From positions 288,001 through 352,000 of the forward strand of contig CAXXIN010000018.1 of assembly GCA_963665275.2 (NCBI GenBank): a stretch of DNA of 64,000 bases, in the 5' to 3' direction. Within the stretch, counting starts at the first letter, position 1. Each line of letters starts with the position of its first letter. The notes below the pieces were generated by a model. That model did no database searches. It saw nothing but the letters and a program-made list of their open reading frames with translations, and was not told where the DNA came from. Below are positions 38,804 to 46,980 of the stretch, piece after piece. The DNA is from Negativicutes bacterium. Lineage in GTDB: Bacteria; Bacillota; Negativicutes; UBA1444. Both the position numbers and the translations under genes were made by a program.

Positions 38804-39652
38804 TTGGCTTTGGTTACCTTGCAACAGGTTCTGCAGGATGCCCGCAAACGGAAGTATGCTGTCGGCGGCTTCAACGTGTTTAACTTTGAAACGCTAGGTG
38901 CCGTAGTGGAAGTGGCCGAAGAACTTAAAGCGCCGTTAGTACTCGGAATTGCTGAACGTTTGTTCAAATTCGTGGACGTGGACACCTTGGCTGCAGCGAT
39001 GTCTCGCGCAGCACAGCGAACCTCAGTGCCCGTTGCCTTGCACCTCGATCATGGGCACACGTATGAGGGCGTCATGAAAGCTGTGCGTTGGGGGTTCACC
39101 TCAGTAATGTTTGATGGGTCTTCGTTGTCTGTTGCAGAAAATCTGAAGAAAACAAAAGAGATTACTCGTATAGCCCATTCCCTTGGCATTTCAGTCGAAG
39201 GTGAATTGGGCTATATTGGTCATTGTGATGATGTAACCGGGATCACCTCCAGCGAACTTGTATCGGCGGAAATAGCCGCCGACTTCGTGTTGAAAACTAA
39301 AATTGATGCACTCGCTGTGGCTGTTGGCACGACACATGGGAAGAACAAAGGACCGGCGGGCTTGAATATTGTCCGCCTGGCCGAATTGCACAATGCAGTC
39401 GATGTTCCCCTGGTTCTTCATGGCGGGTCTAAGCTGAGCCGTGAAGATTGCCGACTGGTAATTGACAATGGAATTTGCAAAATCAACATCGCGACGGATA
39501 TGTCGCTTTCAGCGGCGGAGCGGCTCAAAGCGGAACTGGAAAAGTCTCCGACAGCCAATTACATTCATCTCATGACATCTGTCAAAAAAGGCGTCAAGGA
39601 TTTAGTGCGCAAATACATGCTAAACTTTGATTGCATCAGTCGAGCTATCTGA
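38804..39652 (+). CDS. Class II fructose/tagatose-bisphosphate aldolase family
   Basis: HLDHG, SVMFDGS, VEGELG, GTTHG, LVLHGGS, KINIAT. Confidence 0.9.
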   Translation: MALVTLQQVLQDARKRKYAVGGFNVFNFETLGAVVEVAEELKAPLVLGIAERLFKFVDVDTLAAAMSRAAQRTSVPVALHLDHGHTYEGVMKAVRWGFTSVMFDGSSLSVAENLKKTKEITRIAHSLGISVEGELGYIGHCDDVTGITSSELVSAEIAADFVLKTKIDALAVAVGTTHGKNKGPAGLNIVRLAELHNAVDVPLVLHGGSKLSREDCRLVIDNGICKINIATDMSLSAAERLKAELEKSPTANYIHLMTSVKKGVKDLVRKYMLNFDCISRAI

Positions 39653-39680
39653 AATAAGAACGCTGCGGGGATTAAACACT

Positions 39681-39713
39681 AAATCGCCGACTGCATCCTG
39701 CAGTCGGCGATTT
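39681..39713 (+). terminator. Terminator after the aldolase
   Basis: AAATCGCCGACTGCA tcc TGCAGTCGGCGATTT perfect stem. Confidence 0.8.
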
Positions 39714-39834
39714 ATATATATGGACGAACAGTGGACAAATGGATATAATAGAGAACGGTTTCAATGACGGAATATAATGGAAAGAAAAACTGGAGATGAG
39801 TAGCTTCGTGACTCTTTATGAGGGAAGACAACGG

Positions 39835-41190
39835 ATGGTCAACCTGATGGATATTTCGCAGTGGCGGTTGACCCCCTATCAGGTACTGGCACTCGGGTTT
39901 GCAGGTCTAATTCTTTCGGGAGCGTTTTTGCTGACGTTTCCGATTTCCACACAGTCAGGCGAAGGAACGCCTTTCCTTGATGCGCTTTTTACTGCAACTT
40001 CAGCAGTGTGTGTGACGGGGCTGGTGGTTGTTGATACAGGGACTTATTATTCTTATTTTGGACAGACGGTTATTATTTTGCTGATACAAGCCGGCGGTCT
40101 CGGTATCATGGCAATGTCTACCCTGTTTGCGCTATTGATCGGAAAAAGAATCCGGCTGAAAGAACGTCTTCTGATGCAGGAGGCTTTGAACCAATTGACG
40201 GTGTCCGGAGTGGTCCGCTTGACGATCTACATTTTCCGTATTACTTTGGGTATTGAATTCATAGGTGGGACAATCCTGGCGCTTCGTTGGTATCCTGACA
40301 TGGGTACGAAGGCGATCTATTACGGTTACTGGCATGCAGTTTCCTCTTTCTGCAATGCTGGATTTGATTTATTCGGGCCGATCACAGGGAAATTCAGCAG
40401 TATCACCTCCTATGTTGATGATATCACTGTCAATCTAACCATCGCCGGACTGATCATCTTGGGGGGGATTGGATTCGCTGTTATGTACGATATGTGGTCA
40501 AGTCGTTCGTTTGGCAAACTGTCAATGCATAGCAAGATCGTGCTGATAACGACTGGGGCACTGATCGTGGTTGGGGCGATCAGCATTTTTGTGTTTGAAC
40601 ATTCGAACCCTGCGACGTTGGGGCCATTGTCTGCTAAAGGGAAAATATTGGGGAGCTTTTTTCAATCGGTCACACCGCGTACGGCTGGCTACAATACGAT
40701 TGATATTGGGAAAATGTATGACGGATCTCTGCTGCTGATAGTCATCCTGATGTTCATTGGCGCGTCGCCTTCATCAACAGGCGGCGGGATCAAAACCTCC
40801 ACCTTTGCGGTGCTGGTTTTGGCCACTTGGGCCCTGATCAGGGGACGGAACGACGCGGAGTGCTTTGGCCGCCGAATTCCGAAAGATATAATCTATAAAG
40901 CTTTTTCAGTGATGTTCATATCTTTTACCCTGATTGTTATTGTGACAATGGCTCTGACGATCACTGAACAGGCGCAATTCATGCAGGTGCTGTTCGAAGT
41001 GACTTCTGCCTTTGGAACGGTGGGATTGACAACCGGTATGACTCCGTCGTTGTCGGCGCCAGGGAAACTGTGGCTGATTCTCACTATGTTCGCCGGGCGG
41101 GTCGGACCGATCACATTGGCGCTTGCTATTGCAATGAGAGCACGGAAAGCTCATATACAATATCCGGAAGGCAAAATAATGATTGGATAA
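39835..41190 (+). CDS. ktrB: Trk/Ktr potassium uptake membrane subunit
   Basis: SAVCVTGL, FCNAGF, RTAGYN, STGGGIK, SAFGTVGL, MFAGRVGP; start may be 39796. Confidence 0.93.
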   Translation: MVNLMDISQWRLTPYQVLALGFAGLILSGAFLLTFPISTQSGEGTPFLDALFTATSAVCVTGLVVVDTGTYYSYFGQTVIILLIQAGGLGIMAMSTLFALLIGKRIRLKERLLMQEALNQLTVSGVVRLTIYIFRITLGIEFIGGTILALRWYPDMGTKAIYYGYWHAVSSFCNAGFDLFGPITGKFSSITSYVDDITVNLTIAGLIILGGIGFAVMYDMWSSRSFGKLSMHSKIVLITTGALIVVGAISIFVFEHSNPATLGPLSAKGKILGSFFQSVTPRTAGYNTIDIGKMYDGSLLLIVILMFIGASPSSTGGGIKTSTFAVLVLATWALIRGRNDAECFGRRIPKDIIYKAFSVMFISFTLIVIVTMALTITEQAQFMQVLFEVTSAFGTVGLTTGMTPSLSAPGKLWLILTMFAGRVGPITLALAIAMRARKAHIQYPEGKIMIG

Positions 41191-41206
41191 AAGAGGGGCT
41201 GAGATT

Positions 41207-41869
41207 ATGGAGCGAACAAAGAAGCAGTTTGCAGTGATCGGACTGGGACGCTTCGGGACAAGTGTGGCGATGACATTGCAATCACTGGGACATGAAGTGC
41301 TGGCTATCGATTCGTCAGAAGAACAGGTTCAGAAACTTAGCGATGCGGTGACCCATGTGGTGCAGGCGGATACGACTGATGAAAACTCACTGAAAGAACT
41401 GGGCCTGCGAAATTTCGACGCAGTCGTGGTTGCCATAGGGGAAGACGTGCAGGCCAATGTGGCGACGACGCTTCTGCTCAAGGAGATGGGAATTCCCTTC
41501 ATCATCGCCAAAGCCAAGAATGCTCTGCATGGAAAGATGTTGGAAAAGATCGGCGCGGATCGCGTGGTTTATCCCGAACGTGATATGGGACTGCGCGTCG
41601 CACATGGGCTTGTCTCGGCCAATGTTCTGGATTATATTGAGCTCTCTCCGAGTTTGAGTCTAGTTGAAGTAAGTGCGCCAAGTAGCTTTTTTGGTAAAAC
41701 TTTGGCTCAAACTGATCTGCGAGCGCATTATGGTGTAAACGTAGTTGCAATTAAACGTTTCGAGGATTTGATTGTTCCCCCCCAACCCAATGAATTGATT
41801 TGCGATGGCGATATTCTTATTGTCATCGGTGCAAAAGATGGCATTCACCGCATTGAGGCTATGGGGTGA
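41207..41869 (+). CDS. ktrA: Ktr RCK regulatory subunit, copy 1
   Basis: FAVIGLGRFG, KIGADRVVYPERDMG, TrkA-C domain. Confidence 0.93.
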   Translation: MERTKKQFAVIGLGRFGTSVAMTLQSLGHEVLAIDSSEEQVQKLSDAVTHVVQADTTDENSLKELGLRNFDAVVVAIGEDVQANVATTLLLKEMGIPFIIAKAKNALHGKMLEKIGADRVVYPERDMGLRVAHGLVSANVLDYIELSPSLSLVEVSAPSSFFGKTLAQTDLRAHYGVNVVAIKRFEDLIVPPQPNELICDGDILIVIGAKDGIHRIEAMG

Positions 41870-42080
41870 TTTTGTATAACCTCCGATCAATACTCGAAAA
41901 ACACCGACAGTAGTCGTACTTCAATATTGAAGAGGGCTGCTGTTTATCTTTTGTAAAAATTTCATAAATATTCATTGGGATATCTTGCAAAGCTTCGCAA
42001 AAAGAGTATACTTCAGTACACAATGATTGGAACGGTTTGTTCCGTAAATTATTCATCCCAACCCTAGGGAGGTCTTCGCC

Positions 42081-43922
42081 ACGTTTGGTTTATTAAGTCG
42101 GCTATTGATCGGAAGACCTTTGCACAATATCGAGCTGGGTCACGAAAAATTACCGAAATGGAAAGCGTTGTCTATTTTTTCTTCTGATGCGATATCGTCC
42201 GTGGGTTACGGGCCTGAGCAAGTCGCTATTGTATTAGCCGTACCAGGTATTCTGGCATATGGCTACTTTAGCGATGTTATTCTTGCAGTTGTGCTGTTGC
42301 TTGGCATCGTTACCCTGTCCTATGTTCAGGTCGCAAAAGCAAATCCTGGCGGTGGAGGATCGTATTCTGTCGCAATTCACAATTTGGGAGAACTACCGGC
42401 TCTCGTTGCTGCGGCATCTTTATTTGCAGATTACGTCCTTACGGTTGCAGTCAGTATTTCTTCCGGCACGGATGCTTTGATTTCAGCGTTCCCAGGATTG
42501 GTTGGCAAAGAAGTTACCCTTGATCTAGTTGTGCTTTTTGGGGTGCTTATGCTGATTAATCTGCGTGGGGTGAGGGAGTCCTCCAATGTATTTGTACTGC
42601 CAACCTATTTGTTTGTTTTTGGCATGGTTGCAATGATTATTGCCGGAATTTATCAGGCTCTCTCGGGGACGGGACCGGTGATTCCGCAAGAATCGGTTGT
42701 TAGGCAACAATTTGACATGACAATGCTAGTATTGGTTTTGCGGGCATTTGCCAATGGTTGCAGCTCAATGACCGGAGTAGAAGCTATTTCTAATGGTGTT
42801 CCGATGTTTGAAGAACCTGCAGTTTCGAATTCAATTAAGACGACCCTTTTGATGTCTGGACTATTAGGTTTTATTCTGGCAGGTGTTGGTTTTCTCATCA
42901 TGCATTATCATCTTATGCCAATGGAAAATGTTACAATGCTGTCGCAGTTGGCAGAAAATATTTTCGGTCGCGATTGGTTCTATTATTACATTCAAATTAC
43001 AACCATGCTAATATTGTATTTGGCTGCCAATACATCTTATAACGGGTTGCCACCGCTTCTTTCGATCCTGGCGAAAGATAAGTACGTGCCACGTTATTTG
43101 GGATACCGAGGAGAACGGTTAAGTTTTTCCAATGGGATTGTGTTGCTGACATTCAGTGCAGGGCTTCTAATATGGGTTTTCAATGGCAATGTTGAACATT
43201 TGATATCTTTGTATGCTATTGGTGTATTTTTATCATTTACTATTGCTCAGGTGGGCTTGATTGTTTATTGGCGGAAAGAAAAGAGCGCAAACTGGAAGAT
43301 TCGGTCCGCCATTAACGCATTGGGCGCCTTGACGACTGGAATTGTAGTGCTGGTCATAGGGGAATCAAAGTTTGAAAGCGGCGCTTGGATCATCATTATA
43401 TTCATTCCAATCATGGTGTATATTTTTAAAAAAATACGTCGTCACTATGATGACATGGCAGAACAACTTCATCTTTCGCTGGATAAAGGAAATCCTTTCG
43501 TGCCGGCAAAACCGGGACGAAATATCGTGGTAATCCCAATCGCCAGTCCAACCAATGTTGTTGCGCAGACTGTACTCTATGCGAAAACGATCAGTGATAA
43601 TATCATCGCAGTGTATGTTGCAACTGACCCGGAAGAGGCCGAGCGCATCCGGACTAAATGGAATGCGTGTGATACAGGCGTACCTTTGGCGACGGTAGCG
43701 TCAAATTATCGACTGGTTATTCAGCCTATCCTTAATTTCATTGGGAAGCTGGAACGAGAAAAACGGCCGGAAGATTTCATTACTGTTTTAATTCCAGAAT
43801 TTGAAACCAATAAGTGGTGGCACCGATTCCTGCATAACCAGACCGGTCTGATTTTACGAACTTTACTGATTTTAAGGGATAATGTGATTGTAACCACGAT
43901 TCCATATCACCTTAAAAAATAA
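42081..43922 (+). CDS. kimA: APC family potassium transporter, KimA/YdaO-like
   Basis: LLIGRPL, FSSDAISSVGYGPE, PGGGGSY, DYVLT, TGVEAISNGV, LHNQT. RBS GGGAGGT precedes an in-frame ACG at 42081; the alternative start is TTG 42105. Confidence 0.88.
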   Translation, partial: TFGLLSRLLIGRPLHNIELGHEKLPKWKALSIFSSDAISSVGYGPEQVAIVLAVPGILAYGYFSDVILAVVLLLGIVTLSYVQVAKANPGGGGSYSVAIHNLGELPALVAAASLFADYVLTVAVSISSGTDALISAFPGLVGKEVTLDLVVLFGVLMLINLRGVRESSNVFVLPTYLFVFGMVAMIIAGIYQALSGTGPVIPQESVVRQQFDMTMLVLVLRAFANGCSSMTGVEAISNGVPMFEEPAVSNSIKTTLLMSGLLGFILAGVGFLIMHYHLMPMENVTMLSQLAENIFGRDWFYYYIQITTMLILYLAANTSYNGLPPLLSILAKDKYVPRYLGYRGERLSFSNGIVLLTFSAGLLIWVFNGNVEHLISLYAIGVFLSFTIAQVGLIVYWRKEKSANWKIRSAINALGALTTGIVVLVIGESKFESGAWIIIIFIPIMVYIFKKIRRHYDDMAEQLHLSLDKGNPFVPAKPGRNIVVIPIASPTNVVAQTVLYAKTISDNIIAVYVATDPEEAERIRTKWNACDTGVPLATVASNYRLVIQPILNFIGKLEREKRPEDFITVLIPEFETNKWWHRFLHNQTGLILRTLLILRDNVIVTTIPYHLKK

Positions 43923-43963
43923 AATTGCCAGGGTGCGGATTGTTTGAAACAGTCAGGTTACGT

Positions 43964-44007
43964 GCTCGTATTCAGAATCCGGCAGGATAAGTCATGAGTG
44001 GTTATAG
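43964..44007 (+). pseudogene. Degenerate copy of the ktrB 3' end
   Basis: ARIQNPAG*VMSG aligns to KtrB C-terminal AHIQYPEGKIMIG*, 30 of 42 nt identical by hand alignment, in the same position upstream of ktrA copy 2. Confidence 0.65.
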
Positions 44008-44021
44008 AAGGAGACGATCTA

Positions 44022-44684
44022 ATGGATAGAACGAAGAAACAATTTGCAGTGATTGGGTTGGGGCGCTTCGGGACAAGTGTGGCGATAACCCTGCAATCTT
44101 TGGGGCATGAAGTACTGGCAGTCGATGCGGACGAAGAACGGGTACGAAAAATTAGTGATTCGGTCACTCACGTAGTCCAAGCCAATACGACCGACGAAAA
44201 TTCTCTCAATGCGCTCGGGTTGCGTAATTTTGATGCAGTCGTTGTCGCGATTGGCGAAGATGTGCAGGCCAATGTGGCGACGACCCTTCTGCTTAAGGAG
44301 ATGGGAATTCCTTTCATCATCGCCAAAGCCAAGAATGCCTTGCACGGGAAAATGCTGGAAAAAATCGGTGCAGACCGTGTTGTATATCCGGAACGGGATA
44401 TGGGGCAGCGCGTTGCGCATAGCCTGATTTCGTCAAATGTGCTGGATTATATTGAGCTTTCACCCAATTTGAGCCTGGTTGAAGTAACCGCGCCAGGGCT
44501 TTTTATCGGGCGGACACTGCAACAGACAAACATGCGGGCTCTTTATGGTGTAAACGTCGTAGCGATCAAACGCTATGACACACTGATCGTGCCGCCCGAA
44601 CCGGATGAAATAATACAGGATTGTGATATTTTGATTATGATAGGTTCCTCGGAAGGGGTGCAGCGGTTGGAGGTTCTTGGGTGA
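44022..44684 (+). CDS. ktrA: Ktr RCK regulatory subunit, copy 2
   Basis: Closely similar to 41207-41869, with long identical aa runs such as LGLRNFDAVVVAIGEDVQANVATTLLLKEMGIPFIIAKAKNALHGKMLEKIGADRVVYPERDMG. Confidence 0.93.
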   Translation: MDRTKKQFAVIGLGRFGTSVAITLQSLGHEVLAVDADEERVRKISDSVTHVVQANTTDENSLNALGLRNFDAVVVAIGEDVQANVATTLLLKEMGIPFIIAKAKNALHGKMLEKIGADRVVYPERDMGQRVAHSLISSNVLDYIELSPNLSLVEVTAPGLFIGRTLQQTNMRALYGVNVVAIKRYDTLIVPPEPDEIIQDCDILIMIGSSEGVQRLEVLG

Positions 44685-45490
44685 GGCGACAGATTGTGAG
44701 CCCCGATAATCACTATGTTAAATTGGCAGCCTCTCTGCGACAAAAAAAATATCGGGACGAAAACGCGCTGTTTGTGGTGGAGGGGCTACGGTTTGTGAAG
44801 GAAGCTCTCGTATCAGCGTGGACCCTGGAATATGTCGTGGTTGATGAAGATAAAGCCAACAATGGCAAAATCCAGGAGTTTCTTGGTTCCATTGCAGAGC
44901 GTAACTGCCCAGTCTTATCGGTGCCTTTGAAACTGTATCAAAAAATCAGCGATACTGAGAATCCTCAAGGGATTCTGGCTGTTATCAAGCAGAAAACGCA
45001 GTCGCTGGAGGGGCTTCCAATCGGAGGACCGACATCTTTGTGGGTGATAATGGATTCGCTACAGGATCCCGGCAATGTTGGCACGATCATTCGTGCTGCA
45101 GACGCTGCGGGAGCTGCGGGAGTAATTCTCACGCCGGATTGCGCTGATCTTTACGCGGGGAAAACGACGCGGGCGACAATGGGGTCTTTATTTCACATTC
45201 CTGTCGTCCGGGTGTCAGTGGATCAGTGTCTTGCTTTTTGCGCCCAACGGGGGCTGGCGCTTTATGCAGCTGGCGCAGAAGCGGCAGTAAGCTATTCTGA
45301 TGTGAAACTGACAGAACCATGCGCAGTTATATTCGGCAATGAGGGAGCGGGCGTTCGTCACGAGTTCAAACGCCACGCAAAGTTAACTATTAAAATCCCG
45401 ATTCTGGGTCAGGCGGAGTCTCTGAACGTTGCATCCGCGGCAGCGGTTATTTTGTTCGAGGCCGCCAGACAGCGTGGCATGGCCTTGTAA
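44681..45490 (+). CDS. TrmH/SpoU family RNA 2'-O-methyltransferase
   Basis: QDPGNVGTIIR, RATMGS, GNEGAG, ESLNVA; conserved position upstream of pheS. Confidence 0.92.
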   Translation: MRRQIVSPDNHYVKLAASLRQKKYRDENALFVVEGLRFVKEALVSAWTLEYVVVDEDKANNGKIQEFLGSIAERNCPVLSVPLKLYQKISDTENPQGILAVIKQKTQSLEGLPIGGPTSLWVIMDSLQDPGNVGTIIRAADAAGAAGVILTPDCADLYAGKTTRATMGSLFHIPVVRVSVDQCLAFCAQRGLALYAAGAEAAVSYSDVKLTEPCAVIFGNEGAGVRHEFKRHAKLTIKIPILGQAESLNVASAAAVILFEAARQRGMAL

Positions 45491-45569
45491 TATGATGATT
45501 GAATATGTTATAATTCAGCCGTAACGTAGACTAATCCGGTTTCAAATATCGGAGAGGAAGTGTTGCGGT

Positions 45570-45665
45570 TTGGAAACAGCAACTTTTTATTGGAAGATCT
45601 TCGAAACGACAGGATCCATTGCCGCTTACCTCGTCTATAAGCATTTGATGGAACTATCAGCATAA
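45570..45665 (+). CDS. yqzL: YqzL-like small protein (31 aa, below ORF-track cutoff)
   Basis: TTG start after GGAGAGG; METATFYWKIFETTGSIAAYLVYKHLMELSA matches the W-x2-F-x2-TG-x-I-x-AYL-x-YK pattern. Confidence 0.75.
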   Translation: METATFYWKIFETTGSIAAYLVYKHLMELSA

Positions 45666-45681
45666 ATTAGAAAGTTAAACC

Positions 45682-45906
45682 GATGATGGAGAGAGTACGT
45701 TGGATGTTCACGTAAACAGGGAGTTGCTGCCGTAGATTGAGAGCAGTGGCCGTGAAGTCAACCGAAGTTCACTCCTGAGGGTCAGCTGAGCCATTGCCAT
45801 GGTTAGGCGGAACGTATTGCCGACGTTAAAGGCCTTGAGTGAAAAATTTGGGTGGTACCGCGAAATTGGACTTTCGCCCCTGCAAGGGGTGAGGGTCTTT
45901 TTGTTT
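45682..45906 (+). ncRNA. T-box riboswitch (Phe)
   Basis: AGTA...AGGGA...TGAGA stem I; GAAG-TTC specifier (45768-45770); T-box AATTTGGGTGGTACCGCG (45845-45862); terminator ending GGTCTTTTT. Confidence 0.93.
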
Positions 45907-45942
45907 ATGGACAGATCTGGCTAGTGAAGGAGAGGAGAAGAC

Positions 45943-46965
45943 ATGGAAAAAGAGTTGCAACGCATCCGGGAAACGGCATTCCGTGAATTGGAACTGGCGG
46001 CCGACGTCGGCGCAGTCAACGAACTGAGGGTAAAAGTTCTGGGCAAGAAAGGTGATCTTACTGCGGTATTGCGTGGAATGGGAGCGTTGAGCGCCGCTGA
46101 TCGTCCACGTATTGGGCAATTGGTAAATGAGTTGCGCATCGAATTCGAAAATGCGCTGCAAAGTAAGCATGAAATATTTAAAGAGACGGAGTTGAACCGA
46201 CGTCTGGTCGCAGAGAAAATCGACGTGACATTGCCGGGGCGCGGCCGCGCGTTGGGGCGTCGACATCCATTGACCCTTGCTCTGGACCGGATCAAGGACG
46301 TTTTTCTGCGGATGGGATTTGACATTGAGGAAGGCCCGGAAGTAGAGAGTGACTATTATAATTTTGAGGCGCTGAATCTGCCACCAGATCATCCGGCTCG
46401 CGATATGCAAGATTCGTTTTACATCACCGAACAGTTTTTGCTCAGGACTCACACTTCACCCGTTCAGGTGCGGACGATGCAGTCCAAGCTTCCCAATACC
46501 CCGATTCGCATCATTGCTCCAGGCAAGGTATATCGTCGTGACTATGATGCTACGCATTCCCCCATGTTTCAACAGGTCGAAGGTCTGGTGGTTGGACCGG
46601 ATATCCGGTTTTCCGATTTGAAGGGAACGCTTGAGCTTTTTTGCAAGGGAATCTTCGGCGATAGCGTTAAGGTGCGTTTCCGGCCAAGCTATTTTCCGTT
46701 CACTGAGCCGAGTGCAGAGGTCGACATTTCCTGTGTGATTTGCAAAGGCAGCGGCTGCCGCGTTTGCAAGGGAACGGGCTGGCTGGAGATCTTGGGGTCC
46801 GGCATGGTTCATCCCCGGGTACTGGAAATGAGTCAATACGATCCGTCACTGGTCAGTGGTTTTGCTTTTGGCATGGGAGTCGAGAGGATCGCCATGTTGG
46901 TGTTCGGTATTGATGACATGCGGTTGTTCTATGAAAATGACGTGCGCTTTTTGCGCCGTTTCTAA
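45943..46965 (+). CDS. pheS: Phenylalanine--tRNA ligase alpha subunit
   Basis: [38 protein letters not shown]. Confidence 0.98.
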   Translation: MEKELQRIRETAFRELELAADVGAVNELRVKVLGKKGDLTAVLRGMGALSAADRPRIGQLVNELRIEFENALQSKHEIFKETELNRRLVAEKIDVTLPGRGRALGRRHPLTLALDRIKDVFLRMGFDIEEGPEVESDYYNFEALNLPPDHPARDMQDSFYITEQFLLRTHTSPVQVRTMQSKLPNTPIRIIAPGKVYRRDYDATHSPMFQQVEGLVVGPDIRFSDLKGTLELFCKGIFGDSVKVRFRPSYFPFTEPSAEVDISCVICKGSGCRVCKGTGWLEILGSGMVHPRVLEMSQYDPSLVSGFAFGMGVERIAMLVFGIDDMRLFYENDVRFLRRF

Positions 46966-46980
46966 GGGAGGTACAGCGAT

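Noticed and set aside
39714-39834. c-di-AMP (ydaO) riboswitch upstream of ktrB
   Set aside because: The short AT-rich spacer lacks the conserved riboswitch motifs by eye; an Infernal scan would be decisive.
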